DNA of 64,000 nt, taken from the NCBI GenBank assembly GCA_963766715.1, contig CAVYBH010000007.1, positions 32,001 to 96,000 on the forward strand, given 5' to 3'. The DNA comes from an uncultured delta proteobacterium. GTDB lineage: Bacteria > Myxococcota > Myxococcia > Myxococcales > Anaeromyxobacteraceae. Positions 44,594 to 56,504 of the stretch are shown here, piece after piece (position 1 is the first letter of the stretch; each line of letters opens with the position of its first letter). Below the pieces are notes generated by a model. The model was not told where the DNA came from, searched no databases, and was given only the letters and a program-made list of their open reading frames with translations. The position numbers and the translations under genes were made by a program.

Positions 44594-45331
44594 CTGCCCG
44601 CATCCCTGACCTCGATCCTCCTCGACCTCCTGCCCTCCGCTCCTCGCGGCGGGGACATCGACTACCTCGAGATCGTCGTCAACTCCGGGCTCGTGGTGGG
44701 CGGCGTCCTGGCGCTCCTGCTCGCCGCCTCCGTGGTCTCCTGGGCCATCATCATCAAGAAGTGGATGGCCCTGCGGAAGGCCCAGGCGGAGTCCGCGAAG
44801 TTCCTCGAGGTCTTCTGGCAGTCGAAGCGGCTCGACGCCATCTACCAGGCGGCCGAGGGGCTCCCGGCCAGCCCCATCGCGGCGGTGTTCCGCGCCGGCT
44901 ACGTGGAGCTCTCCAAGGTGACCGCCCAGAAGAAGGGGCCGGAAGGCGCCATGGCCGAGCAGCTCGGCGGCATCGAGAACGTGGAGCGGGCGCTCAAGCG
45001 CGCCGCCGTCGCCGAGGTGACCCAGCTCGAGTCGATGGTGCCCTTCCTCGGGACCACCGCCAGCGCCGCCCCCTTCGTCGGCCTGTTCGGCACGGTGTGG
45101 GGGATCATGCGGGCCTTCCACGACATCTACCAGATGGGAAACGCCAACCTCGCCACGGTGGCGAAGCCCATCTCGGAGGCCCTCATCGCCACGGCGGTCG
45201 GCCTCTTCGCGGCCATCCCGGCGGTGGTCTTCTACAACCTGTTCGTCTCCCGCATCCGGGTGCTGGACAGCGAGATGACCAACTTCTCGAACGACTTCCT
45301 CAACATCGTGAAGCGCCACTTCTTCAGCTAG
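44594..45331 (+). CDS. tolQ: TolQ (MotA/ExbB family); start uncertain, CTG proposed
   Basis: PFVGLFGTVWGIM, ISEALIATAVGLFAAIPA. Confidence 0.92.
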   Translation: MPASLTSILLDLLPSAPRGGDIDYLEIVVNSGLVVGGVLALLLAASVVSWAIIIKKWMALRKAQAESAKFLEVFWQSKRLDAIYQAAEGLPASPIAAVFRAGYVELSKVTAQKKGPEGAMAEQLGGIENVERALKRAAVAEVTQLESMVPFLGTTASAAPFVGLFGTVWGIMRAFHDIYQMGNANLATVAKPISEALIATAVGLFAAIPAVVFYNLFVSRIRVLDSEMTNFSNDFLNIVKRHFFS

Positions 45332-45340
45332 GGGAGCCTC

Positions 45341-45787
45341 GTGGCCATCGGGACGAGCGGCTCCGGCCGGCAGACCCTCACCGAGATCAACGTCACGCCG
45401 CTCGTCGACGTGATGCTCGTGCTCCTCATCATCTTCATGGTCACCGCCCCCCTCATCCAGCAGGGGGTCGAGGTCGCGCTCCCCGAGGTCAAGGCCCAGG
45501 CGGTGAAGGCCGAGGACCAGAAGCTGGTCCTGTCCATCAAGGCCGACAAGAGCCTGTGGCTGGGCACCGACGACAAGCCGGCCCGCCTCACGCTCCAGGA
45601 GCTGGAGGAGAAGCTCAAGGCCAACGCGCGGGTGGCGCGGGACCGGGAGCTGTACCTCATGGCCGACCGGGCGCTTCCGTACGGGTTCGTCGTCGAGGTC
45701 ATGGCCGCGGTGCAGCGCGCCGGCGTGACCAACCTCGGCATGATCACGAACCCCGTTCCGGAGCGCCCGGAGGGAGGGAAGAAGTAG
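45341..45787 (+). CDS. tolR: TolR (ExbD family)
   Basis: EINVTPLVDVMLVLLIIFMVTAP. Confidence 0.93.
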   Translation: MAIGTSGSGRQTLTEINVTPLVDVMLVLLIIFMVTAPLIQQGVEVALPEVKAQAVKAEDQKLVLSIKADKSLWLGTDDKPARLTLQELEEKLKANARVARDRELYLMADRALPYGFVVEVMAAVQRAGVTNLGMITNPVPERPEGGKK

Positions 45788-46552
45788 ATGGACGGCGCGA
45801 GCGCGATCCTGCGCCGCCCCGACCGGCTCTGGCCGCTCGTCGTCCTGTCGCTCGTCCTGCACGCCGTCGCGGTCGGGACCACGCTCCTCGTCCGCCCGCC
45901 GGCCATCGTGAACCTGGACCAGAAGCCCATCGTGGCGAAGCTGGTGCGGCTGGGCGAGAAGCGGCCCGAGCAGTGGCTCCCGCGCCGCGACGTTCCCCCG
46001 CCCGAGGCCGCCCCGGCGGCCCCCGACGCGGTCCCGGTTCCCGCACCCGCACCCGCCGCGCCGGCGCAGAAGGCGGTCGCCCTGCCCTCGCCGAAGGTCG
46101 CGCCCAAGCCGTCCCCGCCCCGGCCCGCCTCGGCCACGACCGGCGGCAAGGGCACCGATGCGCTCTCGCGCGCCATGGACCGGGTGCGCAAGGACGACAA
46201 GCTGGCCTCGAAGGAGCGCTGGGGCGACCCGTCCGGCGTGCCGCAGGGGGACGCCACCGACGCCTCCGAGGGCGACGTGTACCTCGGCCTCGTCACCCAG
46301 GCGCTGCAGTCCTCCTACCGTCTCCCCGCCACCCTCTCCGAGCAGGAGCGGCTCTACCTCCACGCCACCGTGGTGCTCACCATCGAGCCCGACGGACGGG
46401 TCTCCAGCTTCCGCTTCGAGAAGCGGAGCGGCAACGCCGCCTTCGACCAGGCGCTCGAGCACGCGGTCCGGGAGTCCCGCCTCCCGCCGCCGCCGCCCGA
46501 GCTCCGGCAGCGCTACCGGACCATCGGACTCGGCGTGAACTTCAAGGTGTGA
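45788..46552 (+). CDS. tolA: TolA/TonB-family energy transducer
   Basis: TM with SLVLH, Pro-rich linker, C-terminal SGNAAFD; lies between tolR and tolB. Confidence 0.8.
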   Translation: MDGASAILRRPDRLWPLVVLSLVLHAVAVGTTLLVRPPAIVNLDQKPIVAKLVRLGEKRPEQWLPRRDVPPPEAAPAAPDAVPVPAPAPAAPAQKAVALPSPKVAPKPSPPRPASATTGGKGTDALSRAMDRVRKDDKLASKERWGDPSGVPQGDATDASEGDVYLGLVTQALQSSYRLPATLSEQERLYLHATVVLTIEPDGRVSSFRFEKRSGNAAFDQALEHAVRESRLPPPPPELRQRYRTIGLGVNFKV

Positions 46553-46575
46553 GGCCCCGCCTCCCGGAACCCTCC

Positions 46576-47874
46576 ATGACCCGACCGATCCTCGCGCTCC
46601 TCGCCGCCTTGCCGCTCCTCGCCCCGTCCGTCGCGCTGGCCCAGCGACAGTACATCGACGTCGGCTCCCCCGACTTCCGGCCGCTCGCGCTCGCCGTCGT
46701 CCCCTTCCAGTCGGGGCCCGGGGCGCAGGCCGACGCCGTCGACGTGCAGCAGACCTTCCGCGACGACCTGGCCCTCACCGGCACCTTCGACCTGCTCGAC
46801 CCGCGCTCCTTCCTGGCCGACGCGTCGGAGGGGACCCAGGCCTCCTCCATCAAGTTCCGGCGCTGGACGGACGTCGGCGCCGAGGGGCTCGTGAAGGCGG
46901 CGGTGAAGCGGGAGGGGGCGCAGGTCGCGGGCGAGCTCCACCTCTACGACGTCCGGGCCGGGCGCGAGGTGCTCTATCGCGTCTACCGGGAGCGCAACGC
47001 GCGGGCGCTGGCGCACCGCTTCGCCGACGACGTGATCCAGTACTACACCCGGGAGCCCGGCGTGTTCCGCACCCGCATCGCCGCCATCCGCAAGACGCGG
47101 GGCGCCTGGGAGATCGTGCTCCTCGACGCCGACGGCAAGGGGGCGGAGACGCTCACGCGGGAGACCTCCATCGCGCTCCTGCCCGCCTGGCGGCCCGACG
47201 GCGGCGAGATCCTGTTCACCAGCTACCGGTCGGGCAAGCCCGAGCTCTGGGCGGTTCGCGTGCCCGGCGGGACTCCGCGCCCGGTGATCTCGCTCGGGGA
47301 CCTGTCGAGCGGCGGGGTCTACTCGCCCGACGGCCAGAGGATCGCCTTCACCTCCTCGGTCGACGGGAACTCCGACGTCTACCTGGCCAACGCCGACGGC
47401 ACCGGGATCCGCCGCCTCACCACCGACCCGGCCACCGACACCTCTCCCAGCTGGTCGCCGGACGGGAAGCGCATCGCCTTCGTCTCCACCCGGTCGGGGA
47501 ACCCGCACCTCTTCGTGATGAACGCCGACGGCTCCGGCCAGCAGCGCCTCACCTTCCAGGGCAACTACAACCAGACCCCGCGCTGGAGCCCGCGCGGCGA
47601 CCAGATCGCCTTCACGGCCCGCGACGAGCGGCGCGTCTTCGACGTCTTCCTGGTGTCGCCCGAGACCGGGAAGATCTCGCGCGTCACCCAGGACCAGGGG
47701 CTCACCAACGAGGAGCCGTCCTGGGCCGCCAACGGGCGGCTGCTCGTCTTCGTCACCGACCGCGGAGGGCGCCAGCAGCTCGTCATCTCCAACCCCCAGG
47801 GGGACAAGCAGCGGGTGGTGACCTCCGACCCCGCCGGCCTCGTCGCCCCGGCCTGGGGACCGCTCCCTCCGTGA
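46576..47874 (+). CDS. tolB: TolB beta-propeller protein
   Basis: AHRFADD, PD40 repeats (PSWSPDGKRIAF). Confidence 0.92.
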   Translation: MTRPILALLAALPLLAPSVALAQRQYIDVGSPDFRPLALAVVPFQSGPGAQADAVDVQQTFRDDLALTGTFDLLDPRSFLADASEGTQASSIKFRRWTDVGAEGLVKAAVKREGAQVAGELHLYDVRAGREVLYRVYRERNARALAHRFADDVIQYYTREPGVFRTRIAAIRKTRGAWEIVLLDADGKGAETLTRETSIALLPAWRPDGGEILFTSYRSGKPELWAVRVPGGTPRPVISLGDLSSGGVYSPDGQRIAFTSSVDGNSDVYLANADGTGIRRLTTDPATDTSPSWSPDGKRIAFVSTRSGNPHLFVMNADGSGQQRLTFQGNYNQTPRWSPRGDQIAFTARDERRVFDVFLVSPETGKISRVTQDQGLTNEEPSWAANGRLLVFVTDRGGRQQLVISNPQGDKQRVVTSDPAGLVAPAWGPLPP

Positions 47875-48827
47875 CCCCGGGACCCGCCGAGCGCGTCGCC
47901 ACCATCGACGTGGGAACGAACACCGTGCTGCTCACCGTGGCCGAGCGGCGCGGCCGGTCGTTCCACCCGGTGGTGGAGCGGGCCGAGATCACGCGGCTCG
48001 GGCGCGGCGTGGATCGCACCGGCCGGCTGGACCCGGCGGCCATCGCCGAGACCGTCGCGGTGATCGCGCGCTACGCCGCCGAGGCCCGCTCGCTGGGCGC
48101 GACCCGGATCGCCGCCGTCGCCACCAGCGCCGCGCGCGACGCCGGGAACGGGGCCGAGTTCTTCGAGGCGGCCCGCGCGGCCGCCGGCCTCGTCCCCGAG
48201 ATCATCCCCGGCGGAGAGGAGGCGCGGCTCGTGCACCTGTCCGCCTGGGGCGACTTCGGGGCGCGCGGAGGACGGCTGGCCGTCCTCGACGTCGGGGGCG
48301 GATCGTCCGAGGTCACCTGGGGCGACGGCCCCGCGCCCGAGGGGCGGCGCAGCTTCCAGATGGGCGCGGTGCGCCTGACCGAGCGGACCTCCCCGGCGGA
48401 CCCGCCGTCCGCTGGCGACCTGCTCCGGATGCGGGACGCGGCCCGTGCGGCGCTCGGCGAGATGGCGGCGATCCGCGACTCCGGCGCGTTCACCGGGGCG
48501 CGTCTCGTGGCGGTGGCCGGGACGGTCACCACGCTCGCCGCGGTGGCCCAGGCCCTGCCCGAGTACGACGCGGTGCGGGTCCACGGATCGACGCTCTCCC
48601 GGGAAGCCCTGGAGGCCCTGCTCGCGCGCCTGGCGGCGCTGCCCACGGCGGAGCGGGCGCGCCTGCCCGGCATGGAGCCGAAGCGGGCCGACGTCATCGT
48701 GGCCGGGGCCGTGCTCGTCGAGACGGCCATGGACCTGGGGGGATTCGCCGAGCTCACCGTCTCCGACCGCGGCGTGCGCTGGGGGCTCCTCCACGACCGC
48801 TTCGGGCCGGGGGCCGTCGATGCGTGA
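47871..48827 (+). CDS. Ppx/GppA family phosphatase
   Basis: IDVGTNT, ATSAARDA, EEA, DVGGGSSE, RADVI. Confidence 0.92.
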   Translation: MTPGPAERVATIDVGTNTVLLTVAERRGRSFHPVVERAEITRLGRGVDRTGRLDPAAIAETVAVIARYAAEARSLGATRIAAVATSAARDAGNGAEFFEAARAAAGLVPEIIPGGEEARLVHLSAWGDFGARGGRLAVLDVGGGSSEVTWGDGPAPEGRRSFQMGAVRLTERTSPADPPSAGDLLRMRDAARAALGEMAAIRDSGAFTGARLVAVAGTVTTLAAVAQALPEYDAVRVHGSTLSREALEALLARLAALPTAERARLPGMEPKRADVIVAGAVLVETAMDLGGFAELTVSDRGVRWGLLHDRFGPGAVDA

Positions 48828-49480
48828 AGGCTGGGCGGTGGTCTGCGACTTCGACGGCACGGCCCTCACCGAGGACCTGGGCGACGCGGTGTCGCAGCGC
48901 TTCGCCGGCGCCGGCACCTGGCAGCGGGCCGAGGACGGGTACCGGGACGGCGCCTTCCCGTTCGGCGAGCTGCTGCGCCGGATCTTCGAGCCCATCACCG
49001 CCAGCGCCGACGAGATCGCCCGCTTCGCCCTGGAGCGCGCGGTCCTCCGTCCCGGCTTCGAGCCCTTCGTGGAGGCCTGCGCCCGGCGCCGGCCGCCCCT
49101 TCGTGGTCTGCTCCGCCGGGCTCGACGTCTACATCGAGCCGGTGCTGGCGCGGCTCCCGCCGCACCTGCGCGCCCACGTCGAGCTGCGATCCAACCGGGC
49201 CCACTGCTCGCCCTCCGGCATGCGGCTCGAGTTCCACCGCCCGGCGCGCGCCGACGGCTGCGGCCACTGCGGATTCTGCAAGGGAAGCGTGGTGCGCGAG
49301 CTCCAGGCGGCCGGGCACAAGGTGGTGGTGTGCGGCGACGGCACCGCCGACCGGTGCGCCGCCGACGCGGCCGACTTCGTCTTCGCCACCCGGCGCCTCG
49401 TGGAGCACTGCCGGGAGCGCGGGCTCGCGCACCGGCCCTTCCAGGACTTCCACGAGGTGATGGCGAGCTTCCCGCGCTGA
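48820..49480 (+). CDS. HAD-IB phosphatase (MtnX-like); frameshift near 49085
   Basis: CDFDGT, SAG, CGHCGFCK, GDGTAD..AA. Confidence 0.85.
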
Positions 49481-49495
49481 CCGCGGGAGCGATCG

Positions 49496-52400
49496 TCAGA
49501 AGAAGCCGACGGCGAAGTGCGGCGCGAAGACCGGCTCGTTGATCCGGTACTCCGGGTTCAGGTTGAAGCCCAGGTCGAAGGCGGCCGGCCCCACCGGCGT
49601 GATGATCCGGAGGCCGAACCCGACGTTGGTCCGGAGCTTCCCCAGGTCGACGAGCGTGGTGTCGTACCAGAGGTTGCCCACGTCGGCGAAGAACCCCAGC
49701 TCGGTCGCCTTGGTGATCGGGACCCGGAGCTCGGCCCGGAACAGCACCGACGCCTGGGCTCCCTGGCTGGGGAGCATGATCCCCTGCTTCACCAGGCTCT
49801 GGAGCTGCGGCGAGCAGCCCAGCCCGGAGAGCACGCTCGCGCAGCGGGCGGTCTGGGCGGCCACCACGTCGCGCTGGTCCTGCGGGATCATCTCGTTCTC
49901 GCCGTAGCCCCGCATCGTCGTCGCGCCGCCCAGGTAGAAGCGCTTGGGCGCGATGGTGACGGACTCGGAATCGAGCGGGTAGACCTTCCCGGCCTGGGCC
50001 GACAGCGCGAGCACGACGTCCCAGAGCGGGATGTACCCCGAGAGCGTGCCCTGGACCTTCACCAGGTTGATGTGGGTGTCGCTGCGGAGGGCCGTGTACG
50101 GGGTGCCGATCGAGTGGGAGAAGTCGGCCGAGATCTCGGCGTAGGCGCCCCGGGTCGGACGGACCGCGTTGTCGCGCAGGTCGTAGGAGATGCGCGGCTG
50201 GAGGGAGAAGAGCCAGGTGAGCCCCACGGGGAAGACCTGGCGGGCCTCCTGGGGGTTGGTGGCGTCGATGATGGGATACGCGGTGCGGCTGGAGACGTCG
50301 TCGACCTCCAGCTGGCCGGTGAGGGAGGCCGACAGGCGCCCCAGGCGGATGAGGTCGGCGCCGAGGATGAACGCGCCGCGCATGAGCTGGTAGGCGGCCT
50401 GGATCTTGTGCTGCCCGACCACGTCGGCGCGCAGCGCCACCGACCGGAGGTCGAAGGCCCGGGGCTGGCGGAGGCCGAACTCCCCCAGCCACTCCAGCCG
50501 TTCCCCGGGCGGGATGACGACGAGGTCGGGGCGGAAGATGGCGAGCGGGTAGTTGGCCTTGGCGCGCGCCTGGAACTCGATGGCGTTGCCGAAGAGGTTG
50601 GGGAGGTCGTACTCCAGCCCGGCGCGCGGACCCTCGGCGAAGGAGAGGCCCAGCGTTCCGACGATGCTCTGCCAGGGGCGCTCCTCCACCTGGACCAGGA
50701 TCGTCTTCTCCTCCTGCGGCACGTCGGGATCGGCGAGGTGGATGCTGGCGGCGCGGAAGACGCCCAGCCGGAGCAGGTCGGTCTGGGCGGTCGCCGCCTT
50801 CTCCGGGTCGAACACCTGGCCGGGCCGGAACCCGACCACCCGCTCGATGAGCGCGGTCCGCGTGCGCTTGTTGCCCTCGACGACGACCCCGGCCACCCGG
50901 ACCAGGGGCCCTTCCTCGATCCGGAAGCGGACGGTGGCCCGGCTCCGGTCGGCGTTGAACTCCGGGGCGGCCTCGACGCGCGCGTAGACGTGACCGCTGC
51001 GGAGGTAGGCGTCCTGGATGGCCTGGCGGCTCACCGCCACGCGCGCCAGCGAGAGCGGCGAGCCCGGCTCGATCTTCGCGGCGGCCAGCAGGGGGTCGCG
51101 CGCGAGGTCGCCGTTGCCGTCGATCTCGACCGACCCCACCATGGTGCGGGTGCCCTCCTTCACCTGGATGTCGACGTCGACCCAGCCGCCCACCGCGTCG
51201 AACGTCACCCGCCGCACCTCGACGGTCGCGTCGAGGTATCCGTCGTCCCGGTACTGCTCGGCGACGTACTGGGTTCCCACCTTCCAGGCCTCGGCGTTGA
51301 AGACCGCCTCGGGGTCGGAGGTGCGGTAGGGCACCGGGATCGCGCGTCTCGAGGCCGGCGCGCCAGGCCAGCGAGTCGAGGTCGGCGCGCGGCTGCTTGA
51401 CGTCGATCCGGGGGGCGAGCGCGAATCCCTCGTTCAGCCGGGCCCGGAGCCAGGCCTCGTCGTGGTGGTCGCCTCCCGCGAAGCGGACCTTCCGCAGGAG
51501 GTACTCCCGGCCGGTGTCCACGTGGAACCAGACGACCTCCTCGTCGCCCTGCGGGACCTCCTCGGCCCATACCCGGGCCTGGGCGAAGCCGAAGGCGGAC
51601 AGGAAGGTCTCGAGCCGCTCCGCCGAGGCCTCGATGGTGGTCGAGTCGAGCGGGACGTCGCCGTCGTAGCCCAGCCGTTCCCGGAGCTGGGCGGGGCTGA
51701 AGGGGGTCTCGCCCGCGAAGCGGAAGGTGAAGTGCGGCCCTGCCTCCACCGGGAAATCGACCCGGGCCTCGCGCCCCTCCACGGTCACCCTGGGCGAGCC
51801 GACCCGCGCCCGGTACCAGCCGCCCTTGCGGAGCGCGTCGCGCACCGCGCGCAGGTCGGCGTCGAGCACGTCCTCGTCCAGGATCTCCCCGGGCCGGGTC
51901 CGGATGTCCTGGCGGAGCACCGCCTCGGGGAGTCCCGGTCCCGGTCCGATGGCCACCGAGGCGACGCGGGTCGGCTCGCCGGCGTCGACGACGAAGGTGA
52001 CGTCGACCTGGACCTCGCCCTTCTCGACCGCCTTCACCTCGGCCTGGCGGTAGCCGTGGCGCGCGAGCAGCGCCTGGATGGCGCGGGCCGATGCGGGCAG
52101 CCGGCCGGTGTAGACCTCGGTTCCCTTCGGCAGGGACGCCGCGGCCAGGAGCTCGGGAGCGGGCACGGGCAAGGCGCCGCCGGCCGAGGTCACCTGCACC
52201 GACGCCGCCACGCGGCGGGGAAGGCACTGGACCTCGACGTGCACCCGGGGCGCGGCGGGCGTCCCGCCGTCGGGGAAGGTGACGATCTCGACGTTGGCGA
52301 ACTTGCCGGTCTGGTAGAGGGCGCGGACCGTGCGCTGCATGGCCCGGGGACTGAGGGGCTGGCCCGGCTCCACCGCCAGGAGCGGGCGCAGCGCCGCCGG

Positions 52401-52520
52401 GTCCTCCCCGGGGGGGAGGCGCAGCTCGACGGTGGTCACCACCGGCCGGGGAGGCGCGGGCGGATCGGCCGCCGCCGTGGCCCCCAGGAGCAGCGCCGCG
52501 AGGAGCCCCAGGGAGCTCAA
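49496..52520 (-). CDS. Omp85 (TamA/BamA-like) protein with multiple POTRA domains; frameshift near 51340
   Basis: Signal peptide, POTRA repeats, LGGATTMRGY, ITPVGP, terminal Phe; follows tamB. Confidence 0.88.
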
Positions 52521-55500
52521 TCGTTCCACTCCCAGCGAAGCTTGAAGTCGGCGCCCAGGTCTCCTCCGGAGACGTCGGTGTTGTCGTTGTCCCACTGCAC
52601 CTGGATGCCGGCGCGGTCGCTGAGACGATACTCCACCTGGGCCTTCTGGCCCCGGGTCTGGTTGGAGAGGGGGGCCTGGTAGCGGACCCGGAGCTTGCCG
52701 TCGAGCGCCTTGGTCTCGAACTCCCAGCGGGGCTCGACCGTCATGCTGGTCTTCGAGTAGGCGCTGGTGAGGCGGACGTTCACGTCCTGGAAGACCCCGG
52801 TCTGGGGCACGAAGCGGCGGAGCTGCTGCTCGAGCCCGGACACGGTGAAGAGGGCCTGCGCGGCGGCCGCGCCGGCGGCGACGCCCAGGTTGCTTCCCAC
52901 GGTGGCGTCGCGGCTCGTGTAGCCGAGCGAGAGGAGCGTGATGATGTCCTGCTGGGACAGCATCGGGGTGCTGGTGAGCTGGAGCTTCAGGTCGTCCATG
53001 TCCCCGAACACGTGCAGGAAGACCCGGTAGTCCTTGAGCGCGGCCTCGCCGGTGACGTCGAGGACCATGCGAATGCGGTTGCGCTCGGTGAAGTCGACGA
53101 CGGCGCGGGTCAGCACGAACTCGTTGGAGCGGTAGAAGCCCCGGGCGCCGGGAAGGAAGGCCAGGCTCCCCGTCATCCCGAGGGCGGCCAGGTTCCCGGT
53201 GAGCAGGAGCTCGCCGCGCGCCTGGCCCCGGACGAGGTCGTTGTCGACCCGGGCGTCTCCGTCCACCAGGAGGCGGATGTCGAACTTGAGCCACTCGCCG
53301 GACGGATCGTAGGCGCGCGGCGGGGCCTTGGGGGCCGCGCCCACCTGGAGGATCCGCTTGTCCAGGTCGAAGGGCTCGGTGTAGCGGGCCGACATGACCC
53401 GGAGCGTGCCCGCCAGCGTCATCGCGTCGAGCGATCCGAAGGCCTCGAGCTTTCCCGAGAGCACGGTGGGCAGCCAGGAGGGGATGGCCACCGGCACCCG
53501 ATCGAGGTCGGCCTCGATCCGGATCTGGCGCGGGACGAAGCGAGAGAGCCCCACCTCCCCGCGGAGCTGCGTCGGCGCCCCGTTGACGGTGGAGCCGAGC
53601 TTCTCGAAGAGCACCAGGTTCTGGGAGAAGGCCAGGTCGCCGGCCATCGCCGCGAACTCGATGGGGAGCTCCCGGAAGCGGAACCCGGCGTCGGCGAGGC
53701 GCCCGCCCCCGACGATGTGCGGGTCCTCGAAGGTGCCGGTGATCGCCGCGTCGACGGTGAGCTGGCCGTGGGTCTTCACGATGGCCGGCAGGAGCCCGCC
53801 GAGCAGGCGGAGGTCCAGCGCGCCCGCGGCCCGGAAGTCGAGCTCGCCCTCGGGCTCCCGGGCGCCGGACGCCGAGAACTCGGTGTTGGTTCCCTGGAGC
53901 GTGAAGGACTCCACCACCATGCGACGGCGGGCCACCGACACGACCACCGGATCCTTGTTGCCGACCCGGAAGTCGGCGTAGCCGAGCCGGACGCGGTCGA
54001 GGACCAGCCGGGCCTGCGACAGCAGGACCTCCTCCAGGTTTCCCTTGGCCGTGGCGCGGCCGTGCGCCTGGGCGCGGAGCCCGGCCGGCGGCCCCCCGGG
54101 CAGGAAGCGGGTCAGGTCGTCCACGTCGAGGTCGGCCGACGCCTCGAAGGGCATGAGCCCCTCCAGGAGTGCACGCGAGGTGAAGGTCACGCCGGCGGTC
54201 CCGGCCTGGAGGGTGAGCTCCCGCCCCCGCAGGACGCCCTCGGCGTCCACCGTCCCGATGGGCATGCCGATGGCCATGACCCCGTCGCCCTCGAGGGAGA
54301 AGCGGATGTCGGGGTGCTCCACGCTGCCGCCGAACGTCGCCTCCCCGTCCACGGTGCCGCCCCAGCCATCGCCGGGCAGGCCGAGGCCGTCGAGGGACAG
54401 GTCGGTGAAGTCGACGGACAGGTTCCACGGCGACGGGGCCGGGAAATGGACGGTCCCCTTCCCCTCGGCGACCGCCTCGCCCCGGTGGAGCTCGGCGGTC
54501 TCGATGACGGCCTTCTCCCCCTCGACGATCCGCGCGCCGATCCGGCCCCAGTCGAACCCTCGTCCCCAGAGCGTGCCCCGCCCCAGGGTTCCCTGGAAGG
54601 ACATGTTGACCTTGGGGATGTCCCCCTCGAAGGGCATCGAGACCTGGACGCTCGCGTCGATCGAATCCTGGAAGAGGCGCGCCGTGGGCAGCCAGGGCAT
54701 GACCACGTCGAAGAGATCCCGGAGCCGACCGCGCGCGGTGGCCGTCGACGGGAGGATGCGCATCGGCGTGGCGCCCAGATCGATGGTGGTGTCCACCGTG
54801 TAGCTGCTCTCGGCCTTCCGCCCGGCGCCGTCCCGGATGCGCAGCACCAGGTCGGGCGTGGCCAGGGCCGTGGCCGTGACGTCGCCCAGGTCGAGCTGGA
54901 GGAAGTGGAAGTCGCGGACGGTGAGCGCCCCCTCGACGCGGGGCGGACCGTACGGGATGGCCACCGCCGTTCCCTTGAAGGTCCCCTTGCCGGCCATGGG
55001 GACGCTGGCGATGTGCCGCAGGGCGCTCGAGATCGACCCCGCCGTCCAGGGCCAGCTCGAAGCCGCCGGTATCCTCGAACGAGAGGCGTCCCTTCACCCC
55101 CAGCGTGGCGTCTCCGGCGATGGCCTTGCCGCCCTCGCCGATCTCGGCGGCGCTGGCCGTGATCACCACCGGGGCCTCGATGCGTCCGCGAGGGAGGTCG
55201 AGGACCGTCTCCAGCCCGGGTCGCCACTTCTCCCACGACCGGTCCAGCACGCGGAAGTCGCGCGCGTCGACCTGGGCCTCCCCGGCGAGGCGCAGCGGCG
55301 AGAGCGGCCCCTCCACCTTCACCTTCGCGTCGAGCTTCATCATCACCCGCGCGTCCTGCAGGCCGAGTCGCGACAGGAGCTCCGCGAACTCCACCTGCTT
55401 CACCTCGGCCTCGGCGACCATCGTCGGGGTCCCGGCCAGGCGGAGCGTGGCCCGCGCAGCGATGCTCCCGCCCCCGACGAAGGGGATCTCGACGGAGGAG

Positions 55501-56462
55501 ATCTCGAGGTCGGTGCCGCGCAGGCGGAAGCCGAGCCTGGCCTCGCCCGGGGCGTACGGACCCGCGCGGGCGCCGGAGAACTTCACCTGGCCGACCGCGT
55601 CGAGCGACTCGACCGGCCCGGACACGTTGACCTTCAGGCTGGCGCTGCCGGTGGACTTCCACCCTCCCCCGGCGAGCGAGAAGAGCGCCGGCAAGGGCGC
55701 CTCCGCCTCCACCTCGAGCCCGAGCCTCGGCTTGCAGAGGTTGCTCACCGTCCCGTGCGCCGAGATCTTCACCCCTTCCCCCTCGGCGTGGAAGGCGCGC
55801 ACCGCCAGGCGGGAGAGGTCGAAGGCGAAGTCCGCCTCCAGGGAGGCCTGATCCAGGAGCGTCTGCCGGCCACCCGCCTCGAGGAGGGTGGGCCCCAGGT
55901 CGACGGTCACGCGGCTCCTTCGCGCGCCCGTGGCCAGCGACTGGATGTCGGTGGGGATCCACTCGGCCCTCGACCGGACGTCGATCCGGCCCACGACAAT
56001 CTCCTCGCCACCGGGGAGCGTGACGCTGCCGCTCCCGTCCTCGACCTGGACCTTGCGCACGTGGAACTGCTGGAGGATGGGCGGCGGGCACGGGCCGGGC
56101 TTCGCCCCGGGCTGGGCCGGCGGAAGGACCAGGTTCACCCTGGGTCGAACCACCGAGACCTCGTCGAGCGCGATGGTCTTCGAGAGGGCCTGCAGCGGGG
56201 CGAGCTGGACCGAGACCGCATCGGCGGCGAAGACCGGCTTGTCCACCGGGCCGACCCGCACCTCGGTCAGGTCGACGGCGAGACGGAGCGGCCGGACCCG
56301 GCAGGTGCCGAAGGCGATCTCCAGGCCCGCCGCCTCGCGGGCCTTCTGCTCCGCCAGGTCGCACAGCTTCCGGCCCGCCCACGGCGTCGAGGCGATCCAG
56401 AGAGCCCCACCGATCGTGAGGAGCAGGAAGGCCAGGAACCCGAGGGCGATGCGCCGCTTCAC
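52517..56462 (-). CDS. tamB: TamB/AsmA-like translocation and assembly protein; frameshift near 55030
   Basis: N-terminal TM anchor, long beta-rich body, DUF490-like C-terminus (LTSTPMLSQQDIITLL...GADFKLRWEW). Confidence 0.85.
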
Positions 56463-56504
56463 GGGCGCATTCTCGCCTTCAAACCGCCGTGAGCCAACTC
56501 GGCG

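Noticed and set aside
47565..56462. 2965-aa ORF suggesting a TamB-Omp85 giant fusion
   Set aside because: Only segments are in the true frame; TamB ends at 52517 and Omp85 has its own signal peptide.
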